61,333 nt of DNA from an uncultured Gammaproteobacteria bacterium (lineage in GTDB: Bacteria; Pseudomonadota; Gammaproteobacteria; Steroidobacterales; Foliamicaceae): contig CAYMQG010000104.1 in NCBI GenBank assembly GCA_964392625.1, forward strand, positions 1 through 61,333. Reading direction: 5' to 3'. Below are positions 44,134 through 53,121 of the stretch, one piece after another. How positions within the stretch are numbered: position 1 is the first letter of the stretch; each line of letters begins with the position of its first letter. The translations under genes were made by a program, and so were the position numbers. Under the pieces are notes generated by a model. It was given only the letters and a program-made list of their open reading frames with translations, had not been told where the DNA came from and ran no database searches.

Positions 44134-44250
44134 GGGTGGCCTCCGTTTGGGTATCGTTTGCCGCAAACTACCGGTGAAGTCCACTTTATGAAACCATAAT
44201 CGCAAATGTGTCATACTTCTGACCCGAAAAGTTCCAAATGGTGATACCTC

Positions 44251-45003
44251 ATGGTTCAATCAAAGCGTCTCGTGAATGCACTGAAGGAGACCCTGAAGTC
44301 CCGGGACATCACTTACGCCCAGGTCGCCGATCACCTGGGCCTGTCCCTGAGCAGCGTCAAGCGGCAGTTCTCCACCCAGCGCTTCTCGCTGCACCGGCTC
44401 GAGCAGGTGTGCGACCTGGCGGGCATCGATCTGCTGGAGCTGGCCCGTCTCGCGGAAGAAAGACGGCTGCGCGTCGCTTCGTTGACGGAGGACCAGGAGC
44501 GGCAACTCGTAAGCGACCCGGCGCTGCTGCTCACCACCGTCTGCGTGCTCAATCGCTGGACGTTCGAGAGGATTGTCGAGCGCTACGGGTTCTCGACGGT
44601 CCAGTTGACCAATCTGCTGGTGCGGCTCGATCGAATCGGCCTGATCGAACTGCTCCCGGCCAAACGCATACGGCTGCGCGTCGCGCGCAACTTCGCCTGG
44701 CTTCCCGGCGGACCGATACACCGTTATTTCGTGGACCGTGTGCAGGGCGAATTCCTCTCCGGCGAGTTCGATCCCGACCGCGACCTGCACCGCTTTTCCT
44801 GGGGCATGCTGTCGGACCCGTCGGCGGCGCAGTTGCGCGCGAAGATCGCCGAGGTGATGGACGAGTTCGACGATCTGACCCGGCGCGACGAAGTGCGCGC
44901 CGACGCCGCGGCGGCGGGGACCTGTCTTCTGGTCGCGCTGCGACGCTGGGAACCGACCGCGTTTCAGTCGTTTCGGCACTCGAACCTTGCCGATGACCGA
45001 TAA
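44251..45003 (+). CDS. XRE-family helix-turn-helix transcriptional regulator with an uncharacterised C-terminal domain
   Basis: The N-terminus LKETLKSRDITYAQVADHLGLSLSSVKRQFS is a classic HTH_3 motif. Confidence 0.65.
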   Translation: MVQSKRLVNALKETLKSRDITYAQVADHLGLSLSSVKRQFSTQRFSLHRLEQVCDLAGIDLLELARLAEERRLRVASLTEDQERQLVSDPALLLTTVCVLNRWTFERIVERYGFSTVQLTNLLVRLDRIGLIELLPAKRIRLRVARNFAWLPGGPIHRYFVDRVQGEFLSGEFDPDRDLHRFSWGMLSDPSAAQLRAKIAEVMDEFDDLTRRDEVRADAAAAGTCLLVALRRWEPTAFQSFRHSNLADDR

Positions 45004-45046
45004 TCCGCCCGGAACCATTCGGGAGGAGGAAACCGCCTTGAGCGCC

Positions 45047-46630
45047 ATGCTGGATCGATCCGCCCTTGCCGCCATTGCATGCGGCGCGCTGTTGGCCGGC
45101 TGCGGGCAGCAGCCGCAATCCGAAAGCACGGCGCAGCCGCCACAGTCGTTTGCGCAGGTTGCGACCGTCCAGGGCGAGGTCCGGGGAATCGCCGGAGACG
45201 GGCTGGTGCAATTCAAGGGCATTCCCTATGCCGCGCCGCCCACCGGCGACCTGCGCTGGCGTGCGCCTCAGCCGGCTCTGCCGCGGGAAGCGGTCCTCGT
45301 CGCCGACGAATACGGCAACCGGTGCGTTCAGCGGCCGCGCACTGAAGGCTTTGCCATGACGGACGCCTTCACCCAGCCTGAGAGCGAGGACTGCCTCTAT
45401 CTGAACATCTATCGCCCGGACAACGGGGATGCGCAATTGCCCGTAATGGTCTGGATCCCGGGCGGCGGGCTGACGGTCGGTTCGGGCTCGCGGCCGGTCA
45501 ACCATGGCGGCAACCTGGCCAGACTCGGCGTGGTCGTGGTGGCGATCAACTACCGCCTCGGCAGTTTCGGCTTCTTTGCGCACCCGGAACTGTCGGCGCA
45601 GGACCCCGATGAAGGACGGCTGTTCAACTACGGACTGATGGACCAGATCGCCGCGCTGGAATGGGTGAGGGACAACATCGGGGCGTTCGGCGGGGACCCG
45701 GAAAACGTAACGATCTTCGGCGAATCGGCCGGCGGCTACTCGGTCTATGCCCTGGCTGCGTCGCCCGCGGCACGGGGACTGTTTGCGAAAGGCATTTCAC
45801 AGTCCGGTTACGGCCGCAGGGGGCAGCCGCGCGTCGCTTCGCTGGCGGACGCGGGCGAAGCGCCCATCGAAGAGATGGGCGCAGAACTGGCGGAACGGCT
45901 GGGGATGGCCGAGGCCAACCTCGACGACCTTAGGGCGCAGCCCGCGGAGAAGATCGTCGAGGGCACCGACTTCAGCAACTTCATCTCGCTGGCCACCGAC
46001 GGCGTAGTCCTCGCGGACGATCTGTGGCCCGTCTACGACCGCGGCGATGCGGCGAGAGTCCCGCTGATGATCGGCGCCACCGACTCCGAGTTCTCGATGG
46101 GCCCGTCGGAGGGACAGCGTGCGCAATTGCTCCGCTTCATGAGCGAGGACGTGATCGATGCGATGACGCCTTACTACGGTAACGAAACGCAGCGCGATAC
46201 CTACATGTACAGCGATTACGTGTTCCATGCGCAAAACCGCGGCGTTGCCGTTGCGCACGAGAAAGCCGGCAATGCCGTCTACGCCTACCGGTTCGCGATG
46301 CCGGGCGTGGACGTGGAACGGCGCGAACTCAACGGCGAGACGATCTACGGCGCCTATCACGCAGGCGACCTGCCGTACATGTTCGGCAATTTCACCGGCG
46401 ATCATTTCGACCCGACCGAGCCGGACAAAACGCAGCGCGCCGTTTCCGGGCAGATGATGCGCTACTGGACCAATTTCGCGCGCAGCGGCGATCCCAACGG
46501 TGAGGGCCTGCCGTTATGGCCGTTGGCGGAATACGAAAACACGATGTACTTCGCGCCCGACGGCGTTCAGTCGCGGAAGGACAGCTGGATAGCGCGCCTG
46601 GACGCGCTGAACGAACTCGTGGGCCTGTGA
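45047..46630 (+). CDS. Type-B carboxylesterase/lipase, probable lipoprotein
   Basis: Lipobox LLAGCGQQ, oxyanion region PVMVWIPGGGLTVGSG, and nucleophile elbow IFGESAGGYS. Alternative starts at TTG 45038 and ATG 44987. Confidence 0.8.
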   Translation: MLDRSALAAIACGALLAGCGQQPQSESTAQPPQSFAQVATVQGEVRGIAGDGLVQFKGIPYAAPPTGDLRWRAPQPALPREAVLVADEYGNRCVQRPRTEGFAMTDAFTQPESEDCLYLNIYRPDNGDAQLPVMVWIPGGGLTVGSGSRPVNHGGNLARLGVVVVAINYRLGSFGFFAHPELSAQDPDEGRLFNYGLMDQIAALEWVRDNIGAFGGDPENVTIFGESAGGYSVYALAASPAARGLFAKGISQSGYGRRGQPRVASLADAGEAPIEEMGAELAERLGMAEANLDDLRAQPAEKIVEGTDFSNFISLATDGVVLADDLWPVYDRGDAARVPLMIGATDSEFSMGPSEGQRAQLLRFMSEDVIDAMTPYYGNETQRDTYMYSDYVFHAQNRGVAVAHEKAGNAVYAYRFAMPGVDVERRELNGETIYGAYHAGDLPYMFGNFTGDHFDPTEPDKTQRAVSGQMMRYWTNFARSGDPNGEGLPLWPLAEYENTMYFAPDGVQSRKDSWIARLDALNELVGL

Positions 46631-46638
46631 CGGGCGCG

Positions 46639-47889
46639 CTATAGATCGGCGCCTGCTTTCAGGGGCGCACGGCGCCGTCGCGGCATCCAGCCTCCGTCGG
46701 CCCACTTCATCGCGGCGAGGGCGCCCACGCCGAACACCACGTAGGCTGCGACCAGCGCGTAGAGCGTGCCGTCGAAGATATAGGCCACAAACGCGCCCAG
46801 CGGAACCGAAACCAGCGTGGACAGCGAGGCGATCACCGCCGCGCCCACGCCGGCGATGTGCCCCAGCGGCTGCATGGCCAGCGCCCCCAGATTGCCGAAC
46901 AGCAGACCAACGCAAACGAACACGAACAGCAGGTAGCCCATGAACAGCCAGAACGGGAGCACTCCGTCGAAGACGAAGGTCAGACCCAGTCCCACGACCG
47001 ACGCGATCGTGGCCAGGGACATGGCCCCCCGGGACAGCTTTCGCATCCCGTACTGCATCACCAGGCGGCCGTTGACGAACGTTGCGACCCCGACCGCCAG
47101 CGCCAGCACCCCGAAATAGAAGGGAAACAGCGCGCCGGTGCCGTATACGTCCTGGAAGACCTGTTGCGATATGCTCAGGTAGGCCAGGAACGGCGCGAAC
47201 ACGCAGCCGCTGGCCAGCGTGTATCCGAGCGCGATCCGGATCTTGACGACTTCCACCGCCGTCCTGCCGATCGCGCGCGGGGACAGCGACCGCCGGCGTT
47301 CCGAGGGCAGCGTTTCGGGCTGGCGAATCGCGAACCAGAGAAAGCCGACCGCGGCGACGGCAAAGAACACGGCGAATATTGCGCGCCAGCCGCTGAGAAA
47401 CTGGATCCATTGGCCCAGCGCTGGCGCGATTGTCGGCACGATGATGAATACGCCCATCGTGAACGACATCAGGCGCGCCATCTGACGGCCCGCGTACTGG
47501 TCGCGCACCAGCGCCATGACCACCACCCGCGGCGCCGAAACGCCGATGCCCTGCAGCACGCGCCCCGCGATCATCATTTCGAAGCTGCGCGCGTAAATGC
47601 TCATCAGGCACCCGGCCATGAACAGCACGAGGCCGGCATGGATGGCGGGCTTGCGGCCGATCCGGTCGGACAGCGGGCCGAAAACGATCTGGCCCATGCT
47701 CATCCCGAGGAACACCGCCGTAATGACGAACTGCACGTCGTTGCGTTGCGCCACCCCGAGGTCCTCGCCGATCGCCGGCAGCGCCGGCAGCATCGCGTCG
47801 ATCGCCAGCGCAACCAACGAGATCAGCAGCGCGATAAGCGGCACGAACTCGCGCGTACGCAGGGCAGGGGTGGCGGCAGGCTGGCTCAT
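46639..47889 (-). CDS. MFS transporter (Bcr/CflA-type drug-resistance family)
   Basis: Twelve hydrophobic segments. Carries LAIDAMLPALPAIGEDLG and GPLSDRIGRKP. Confidence 0.75.
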   Translation of the reverse strand: MSQPAATPALRTREFVPLIALLISLVALAIDAMLPALPAIGEDLGVAQRNDVQFVITAVFLGMSMGQIVFGPLSDRIGRKPAIHAGLVLFMAGCLMSIYARSFEMMIAGRVLQGIGVSAPRVVVMALVRDQYAGRQMARLMSFTMGVFIIVPTIAPALGQWIQFLSGWRAIFAVFFAVAAVGFLWFAIRQPETLPSERRRSLSPRAIGRTAVEVVKIRIALGYTLASGCVFAPFLAYLSISQQVFQDVYGTGALFPFYFGVLALAVGVATFVNGRLVMQYGMRKLSRGAMSLATIASVVGLGLTFVFDGVLPFWLFMGYLLFVFVCVGLLFGNLGALAMQPLGHIAGVGAAVIASLSTLVSVPLGAFVAYIFDGTLYALVAAYVVFGVGALAAMKWADGGWMPRRRRAPLKAGADL

Positions 47890-48018
47890 TCTTCCTCTTG
47901 GGGGGCAGGCGCCGGGCTCGACGGAATCAACGCGAGCACCGGCGCGAACTGGAACGATGGGATTGGTGGAATTGTAAGTGCTTGGCGTGACTTTGGCAGG
48001 AGTGTTCGCTTCGACCGA

Positions 48019-49449
48019 TCACCGCGGCGGCGTATCTCTTTCCGGTAGCCACTCGGCCAGCGCGTCCCGTACGCTCGCGGAGCCGGCCTCTCCAATCAGG
48101 TTGTTCCATTCATGGGGATCCGCGTCGAGGTCGTAGAGTTCTTCGGACCTGTCGGAGTAACGAGTGTAGCGATAGCGCTCGCTCCTGACGCTGTGGTTTC
48201 GAAAGCCGCTGGTCGTGATCGCCGCCGAATCCCAGGCCGTGGCGGGGTCCCGGAGCAGCGGCAGAAGGCTGTTTCCTTCCACATGCCCGGGAATCGGAAG
48301 ACCGGCAAGTTCGGCCAGGGTCGGATAGATATCAATCAGCGACACGGGCTGGGAACTCCTTGACCCCGGAACCGTGACTCCGGGAGCGACGATGATCAGG
48401 GGCACTCGCGTCGATTCCTCCCAAAGCGTGTACTTGCGCCAACGCTGCTTCTCTCCAAGGTGGAAACCGTGATCCGAGAACAGAACAACAATCGTCTCGT
48501 CGCTGCGGCCGCTGGCGTCCAGTGCATCCAGGATTCGGCCCACCTGCGCGTCCGCGTAGCTCACGCTGGCAAGGTAGGCCTGAACGCCCTGGCGCCACCT
48601 GTCCTCTGAAACAATCCAGCGGTGAAGCGCCATGGGTGGTCTGTCGGTTAGCTCCAGGTACGGCATGGTGGCGATCTCGGGCACGTCATCGAGATCGCCC
48701 GCCAGCGTGTCGGGCAGCTCTATCGTCTCCAGCGGATGTGCATCGAAGTGTTCGCTTGGGGTGTACCAGGGCAGGTGCGGCCGATAAATTCCCGCAGCCA
48801 CGAACCGCGGCTGCCCGGTTGTACTGGCGAGTTGGCCTGAAATCCACGCCGCTACCCTGGTATCCCCCATCTGGTTCACGGTTTCGGTCAGTGCGTGCCA
48901 GTCCAGGTCCTTCGTGAAGGGGTTCCCGTTGACGGGACGGTCCGGAGGAACAACTTCGTCGGGAAGTTGCCGATCGACGGAAGGGAAGAAACGGCTCCAG
49001 GCGCTCGGATCGTTGTAGCCGCTGAAACCCTCGGGGTCGAAGGTATGGGCGTGAAATATCTTTCCGGCCCCGATGGTTTCGTAGCCCTGATCGCGAAAAA
49101 ACCTCGGCAGTGTCGCAATGTTCCGGAACACTTCGAGTCGCCGCCAGTCGGCGTCGTTTTCGTAAACGCCGCTGGACGACGGCCGCAGCCCGGTCAGGAG
49201 CGCCGTGCGAGAAGGGTTGCATAGCGGAGCGGAGGCATGCGCATTGGTGAACAGCATCCCCCGCTCGGCCAACCCGTCGATGCGGGGTGTCCGGGCCTGG
49301 GGATGCCCGCCGAGCACGCCGACCCAGTCATTCAGGTCGTCTATCGCGATAAAGAGAATGTCCGGAGGACCGTCAGCGCGAACGGCCGGAGAGACCGTGG
49401 CCAGCACGAACAGGGTGAGCGCCAACACCATCAGTCTGGGCAATAGCAT
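48019..49449 (-). CDS. Formylglycine-dependent sulfatase (arylsulfatase family)
   Basis: Signal peptide, ILFIAIDDLNDW, and the sulfatase signature CNPSRTALLTGLRPSSSG. The start is taken at ATG 49449; the listed 49470 start lies in the AT-rich intergenic DNA. Confidence 0.85.
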   Translation of the reverse strand: MLLPRLMVLALTLFVLATVSPAVRADGPPDILFIAIDDLNDWVGVLGGHPQARTPRIDGLAERGMLFTNAHASAPLCNPSRTALLTGLRPSSSGVYENDADWRRLEVFRNIATLPRFFRDQGYETIGAGKIFHAHTFDPEGFSGYNDPSAWSRFFPSVDRQLPDEVVPPDRPVNGNPFTKDLDWHALTETVNQMGDTRVAAWISGQLASTTGQPRFVAAGIYRPHLPWYTPSEHFDAHPLETIELPDTLAGDLDDVPEIATMPYLELTDRPPMALHRWIVSEDRWRQGVQAYLASVSYADAQVGRILDALDASGRSDETIVVLFSDHGFHLGEKQRWRKYTLWEESTRVPLIIVAPGVTVPGSRSSQPVSLIDIYPTLAELAGLPIPGHVEGNSLLPLLRDPATAWDSAAITTSGFRNHSVRSERYRYTRYSDRSEELYDLDADPHEWNNLIGEAGSASVRDALAEWLPERDTPPR

Positions 49450-49505
49450 TATTTTACAAATAATTATCATTCAAATAATTTGCTATTCTAACTATTGTGT
49501 ATTAT
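49450..49505. promoter_or_regulatory. AT-rich divergent promoter region between the sulfatase and TBDR genes, containing the direct repeat CAAATAATT-N6-CAAATAATT (49457-49480)
   Basis: A sharp GC drop in otherwise GC-rich DNA. The 9-nt repeat is perfect. The resemblance to a Fur box is weak (about 11/19 in the best register). Confidence 0.4.
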
Positions 49506-49590
49506 CTTTTTGAGCGCGCCGGACAGGACCATTGCGGTCCCGCCCGGTAGCCGCAAGAGTCAGTGACCTCCGAACGGGGAGACAAGCATA

Positions 49591-52032
49591 ATGGCCAAGA
49601 GACTGCAAGGATTTTCAGCTGCCACCTTATCCTTTATTGTGGTGGCAATTGCGTTTGATGGAGTGGTTCCGGCCGCAGGAGCGCAGGAACAGGCAAGTGC
49701 CTCTTCGGCGGCGCTGGAAGAGATCGTCGTAACCGCCCGGCGGCGTGAGGAGAGCCTGCAGGATGTGCCGATCTCGATCTCCGCTTTTTCGGCTGAGCAG
49801 GTCGAACAGCAGGGAATCACGAACCTCATTGACCTGAATTCCGCGGTGCCCAATCTCTCTCTTGGCGGCTCGGATAACACCAACGGTTCCAATTCCATCG
49901 GGGTGACGATACGCGGTGTCGGCGATGGCTCCAGAATCAATCTGGACGGTGCAGTCGGTTTCTATATTGACGATGTTTTCATTCCGAGGCTCACGGGAAC
50001 GATGGTGGATTTGCTCGATGTGGAGAGTATTGAAGTGCTTCGCGGTCCACAGGGGACCCTATTCGGGCGCAACACGACCGGCGGCGCCGTCCGATACAGC
50101 TCCAGGAAGCCCGTTCTCGGCGAGTACGACGCCTATCTGAAAGCAACGGCCGGCAACCTGAATCATTACGGCCTGACAGGCGTGTTGAACGTTCCCATGG
50201 GCGAACAGGCGGCCTTGCGAGTCAGCGGCTATTTCCGGAACCGTGATGGCTATGTCGACAACAGGATCGCCAGCCTGGATCCGGCGACCGTGTCGATTGT
50301 CGATACGGGAACGCAAGACCTGGGCAACAACGAAAACTGGGGCGTTCGAGTCGGGCTGCGGTTCCAGCCGGCCGACAACCTGACGGTTGACCTGACCGGA
50401 GCCTATATCGAAGACAAGGGTCATGGTCCTCCCATAAAGGTCACGTCCTGGAACTTTGACGCCAGACGCGGCGAGGGCGAGCCCTGCCTGATTGCGGCGC
50501 GAGGGATCGTCCGGGGCCGGGAGACGCGGCGGCCAGCGGGCGGGACCTGCACGATCAGCCGCGCCTCCGATCGCGCGTTCGACGGAGTTGCCGCAACGAA
50601 TCCGGCGCTCACCCAGGTGCTGGGCGACACGTTCGCGGTATTCCCGGGCGACGAAACACGCGGCGGAATACCCAATCTGGAAGACTTCACAACCGAGTTC
50701 CTCTCGGCCGTGATTTCCTGGCAGATTAGTGAATCGCTGAGCCTCACCAGCCGGACGGCCTCCCTCGTCATTGATCAGCTGATCATGAACGACAACGACT
50801 ACACGCCCATCGTCTGGCGGGAGCGCGTGCGGATGGGCACCAGCGACAGTTTTTCGCAGGAACTCCTGCTGAACGGCGAATCGGGGAACATCGACTGGAC
50901 TGCGGGGCTCTACTATTTCACCGAGGAACCGGAAGAAGTCACCCGGGGCTCCGACACCGGCACCCCGGATGTCTTCATACGCCACGAGATCCTGGATGCG
51001 GACGCACTAGCGCTGTTCGGCGAAGCAACGCTGCAGGTGAATGACGAGCTGGATATCACCGCAGGCTATCGCTGGACGCAGGACGACAAGACGCTGACCG
51101 CTGTCGGGGACGGCCCGATCCGCACCAGGGACAGGAACTTCGTCCCGGCGCCGGACGATCCTCCGGCGCCCACCGAAGCTACCGGCAGCAGCGACTGGAC
51201 GTCCAATACCTGGCGCGTCAGCGTTCAGTACGACTGGTCGGACAATGTCATGACGTACATATCGGCGAGCACCGGGTTCAGGAGTGGCGGATTCAATAAC
51301 GAGATGGACCTGAAGCACGGCCCGGAGGCCAATTATGGAATCCTGCCGTTCGATCCGGAGGAGATCGATGCCTACGAGCTGGGTCTGCGCAGCGATCTGG
51401 CCGGCGGCCTGATGCGCCTGAACGTTACGGCCTATTGGCAGGAATGGATCAACCGCCAGCTCCGCACGGTGCGCCCGGACGGTCTCAGGTTCGTGGCCAA
51501 CGCGGGCGATGCGGAAACCCAGGGAGTCGAGGTGGACCTGTCATGGCAGGCAAGCGACGATCTGCTGCTCTCGGCGTCGGTTGGAACCATCGATGGCGAA
51601 TGGACGGCAATCGACCCCCTGATGGCCGGCAATATCCTGATCGATTCGGAACCGCACCGCATGCCCGATCTTTCCTACGCGCTGAGCCTTCTTCACACCT
51701 ATGAATTGACCAACGGTTTTGGGCTGACCAGCAGCCTGAACTATGGCTGGACCGATGATCAGTACACCTCTTCGCTGGAGACCCGCACGATTCCCATCGA
51801 AGCCCACGGCCTGATGAACGCCCGGTTCAAGCTGACTTCCGCGCAGCAGACATGGTGGGTTGCTCTTTACTGCACCAATTGCCTGGATGAGGATTACATC
51901 GTGACCGGCGGCGATTTCACCGGCCTCACACCCAACCAGGCGCGCGTACGTGACCTTGGCAGGGAAGGATACCGTTGGGAGGAAATCGGACGGCCACAGG
52001 AATGGGGGATCGAATTCGGCCTGGACTTCTAG
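49591..52032 (+). CDS. TonB-dependent receptor
   Basis: Signal peptide and a plug domain (LEEIVVTARRREESLQDVPISISAF, IEVLRGPQGTLFGRNTTGGAVRY). 813 aa, with a C-terminal ...FGLDF. Confidence 0.85.
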   Translation: MAKRLQGFSAATLSFIVVAIAFDGVVPAAGAQEQASASSAALEEIVVTARRREESLQDVPISISAFSAEQVEQQGITNLIDLNSAVPNLSLGGSDNTNGSNSIGVTIRGVGDGSRINLDGAVGFYIDDVFIPRLTGTMVDLLDVESIEVLRGPQGTLFGRNTTGGAVRYSSRKPVLGEYDAYLKATAGNLNHYGLTGVLNVPMGEQAALRVSGYFRNRDGYVDNRIASLDPATVSIVDTGTQDLGNNENWGVRVGLRFQPADNLTVDLTGAYIEDKGHGPPIKVTSWNFDARRGEGEPCLIAARGIVRGRETRRPAGGTCTISRASDRAFDGVAATNPALTQVLGDTFAVFPGDETRGGIPNLEDFTTEFLSAVISWQISESLSLTSRTASLVIDQLIMNDNDYTPIVWRERVRMGTSDSFSQELLLNGESGNIDWTAGLYYFTEEPEEVTRGSDTGTPDVFIRHEILDADALALFGEATLQVNDELDITAGYRWTQDDKTLTAVGDGPIRTRDRNFVPAPDDPPAPTEATGSSDWTSNTWRVSVQYDWSDNVMTYISASTGFRSGGFNNEMDLKHGPEANYGILPFDPEEIDAYELGLRSDLAGGLMRLNVTAYWQEWINRQLRTVRPDGLRFVANAGDAETQGVEVDLSWQASDDLLLSASVGTIDGEWTAIDPLMAGNILIDSEPHRMPDLSYALSLLHTYELTNGFGLTSSLNYGWTDDQYTSSLETRTIPIEAHGLMNARFKLTSAQQTWWVALYCTNCLDEDYIVTGGDFTGLTPNQARVRDLGREGYRWEEIGRPQEWGIEFGLDF

Positions 52033-52095
52033 TTGCTTCGGCCCGGGAAAAGCTGTGTAATGGGCCACCGGCCCCAGTCGCTGCAGTTTTAGTCC

Positions 52096-52578
52096 ATGCC
52101 GTCGGCAATTCCCAGGAAAAGGAAGACTTTCGGATCCGCGGTCACGTCACCATCGCTCTCGCTCGGCGATCTGAACGATTTTCTGGGCATCAAGATACGG
52201 AGGATTCAGCGCTCCATCAACCGCCATCTTTCGGACGCGCTGGACGGAATGGACGTCGCGGTGGGGGAATTCGGCACACTGGGCCTGATTGCCGCGAACC
52301 CGGGACTCGCCCAGATCGACATAGCCCGCGAATACGATATCGACAAGGCGACGATGGTCGGCCTGCTGGACAATCTGGAGGCGGCGGGATATGTGCGTCG
52401 CCGCAAGCACCCGAAGGACCGAAGGCGCAATGCGCTGACTCTGACGAAGAAGGGCGTGGAGCGGTTTGAAGAGCTGAAGAGCGCTTTTGCCGCTCAGGAA
52501 GCGTCGTTTACCCAGACATTGACGAAGGCCGAGAAAAAGGTCCTGATGGACCTGCTGGACCGCATTCCCCTGCAGTGA
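52096..52578 (+). CDS. MarR-family transcriptional regulator
   Basis: 160 aa. Carries ...QIDIAREYDIDKATMVGLLDNLEAAGYVRRRKHPKDRRRNALTLTKKG, a winged-helix MarR core. Confidence 0.85.
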   Translation: MPSAIPRKRKTFGSAVTSPSLSLGDLNDFLGIKIRRIQRSINRHLSDALDGMDVAVGEFGTLGLIAANPGLAQIDIAREYDIDKATMVGLLDNLEAAGYVRRRKHPKDRRRNALTLTKKGVERFEELKSAFAAQEASFTQTLTKAEKKVLMDLLDRIPLQ

Positions 52579-52588
52579 TGCGGGCCGG

Positions 52589-53116
52589 TCAGTAGCTGTA
52601 GATTTCCTCCCGCGATAGCTGGATTTCCAGCCAGGTGGCGAGTCGCGCCAGCCACTGATTCCGGTAGTAAACCAGTCCGTCAGCCGCAACCGCGGGCGAC
52701 GATCCCGCGATCAGCATGACCTTTTGCCCTTCCGCGAAAGTGTCTTCCCGGTGGTAAATCGCGCCGTTGCCCGCCTGGGCAAGCCACGCCAGTTCCTCCT
52801 CGTCGCCCAGCGCTTTCGCCGCCAGCGCGCGAATGGGGTGTCCTTCATTCAATCCGGTAACAATTGCAATGTGCGGGGCTTCGTGAAACGGCCCGAATTC
52901 CTGAGGTTCGACATGCCGGTAGCTCACGGACTTCCTTGCCAGGAAATCGGTGAGTTCGCCAATCAGCGCAAAGGACTCCGATGTCGCAACGATCAGCAAG
53001 TCCTCCTGGAGCTCCACCGGACGTTGCGAAGAGACCGGGAACGGCGGAGCTTCGACTGATTGACATCCTGCAAGCAGCAACAGCCCCGCTGCAATCAGGC
53101 GCCGGTCAAGAAGCAT
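52589..53116 (-). CDS. Hypothetical lipoprotein
   Basis: Starts MLLDRRLIAAGLLLLAGCQS (lipobox). I recognised no other motif. Confidence 0.45.
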   Translation of the reverse strand: MLLDRRLIAAGLLLLAGCQSVEAPPFPVSSQRPVELQEDLLIVATSESFALIGELTDFLARKSVSYRHVEPQEFGPFHEAPHIAIVTGLNEGHPIRALAAKALGDEEELAWLAQAGNGAIYHREDTFAEGQKVMLIAGSSPAVAADGLVYYRNQWLARLATWLEIQLSREEIYSY

Positions 53117-53121
53117 ACGGA

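Noticed and set aside
49505-49590. A possible cobalamin riboswitch in the TBDR leader (GCGGTCCCGCC... and AGTCAGTGACCTCC resemble the CCCGC core and the B12 box).
   Set aside because: Only ~85 nt of GC-rich leader is available, against the ~200 nt needed. The GGTG..AA.TCC and GCCACTG elements are absent, and the B12-box match needs an indel and several mismatches. An 813-aa receptor is also not BtuB-sized. A covariance-model scan (RF00174) would settle the question.
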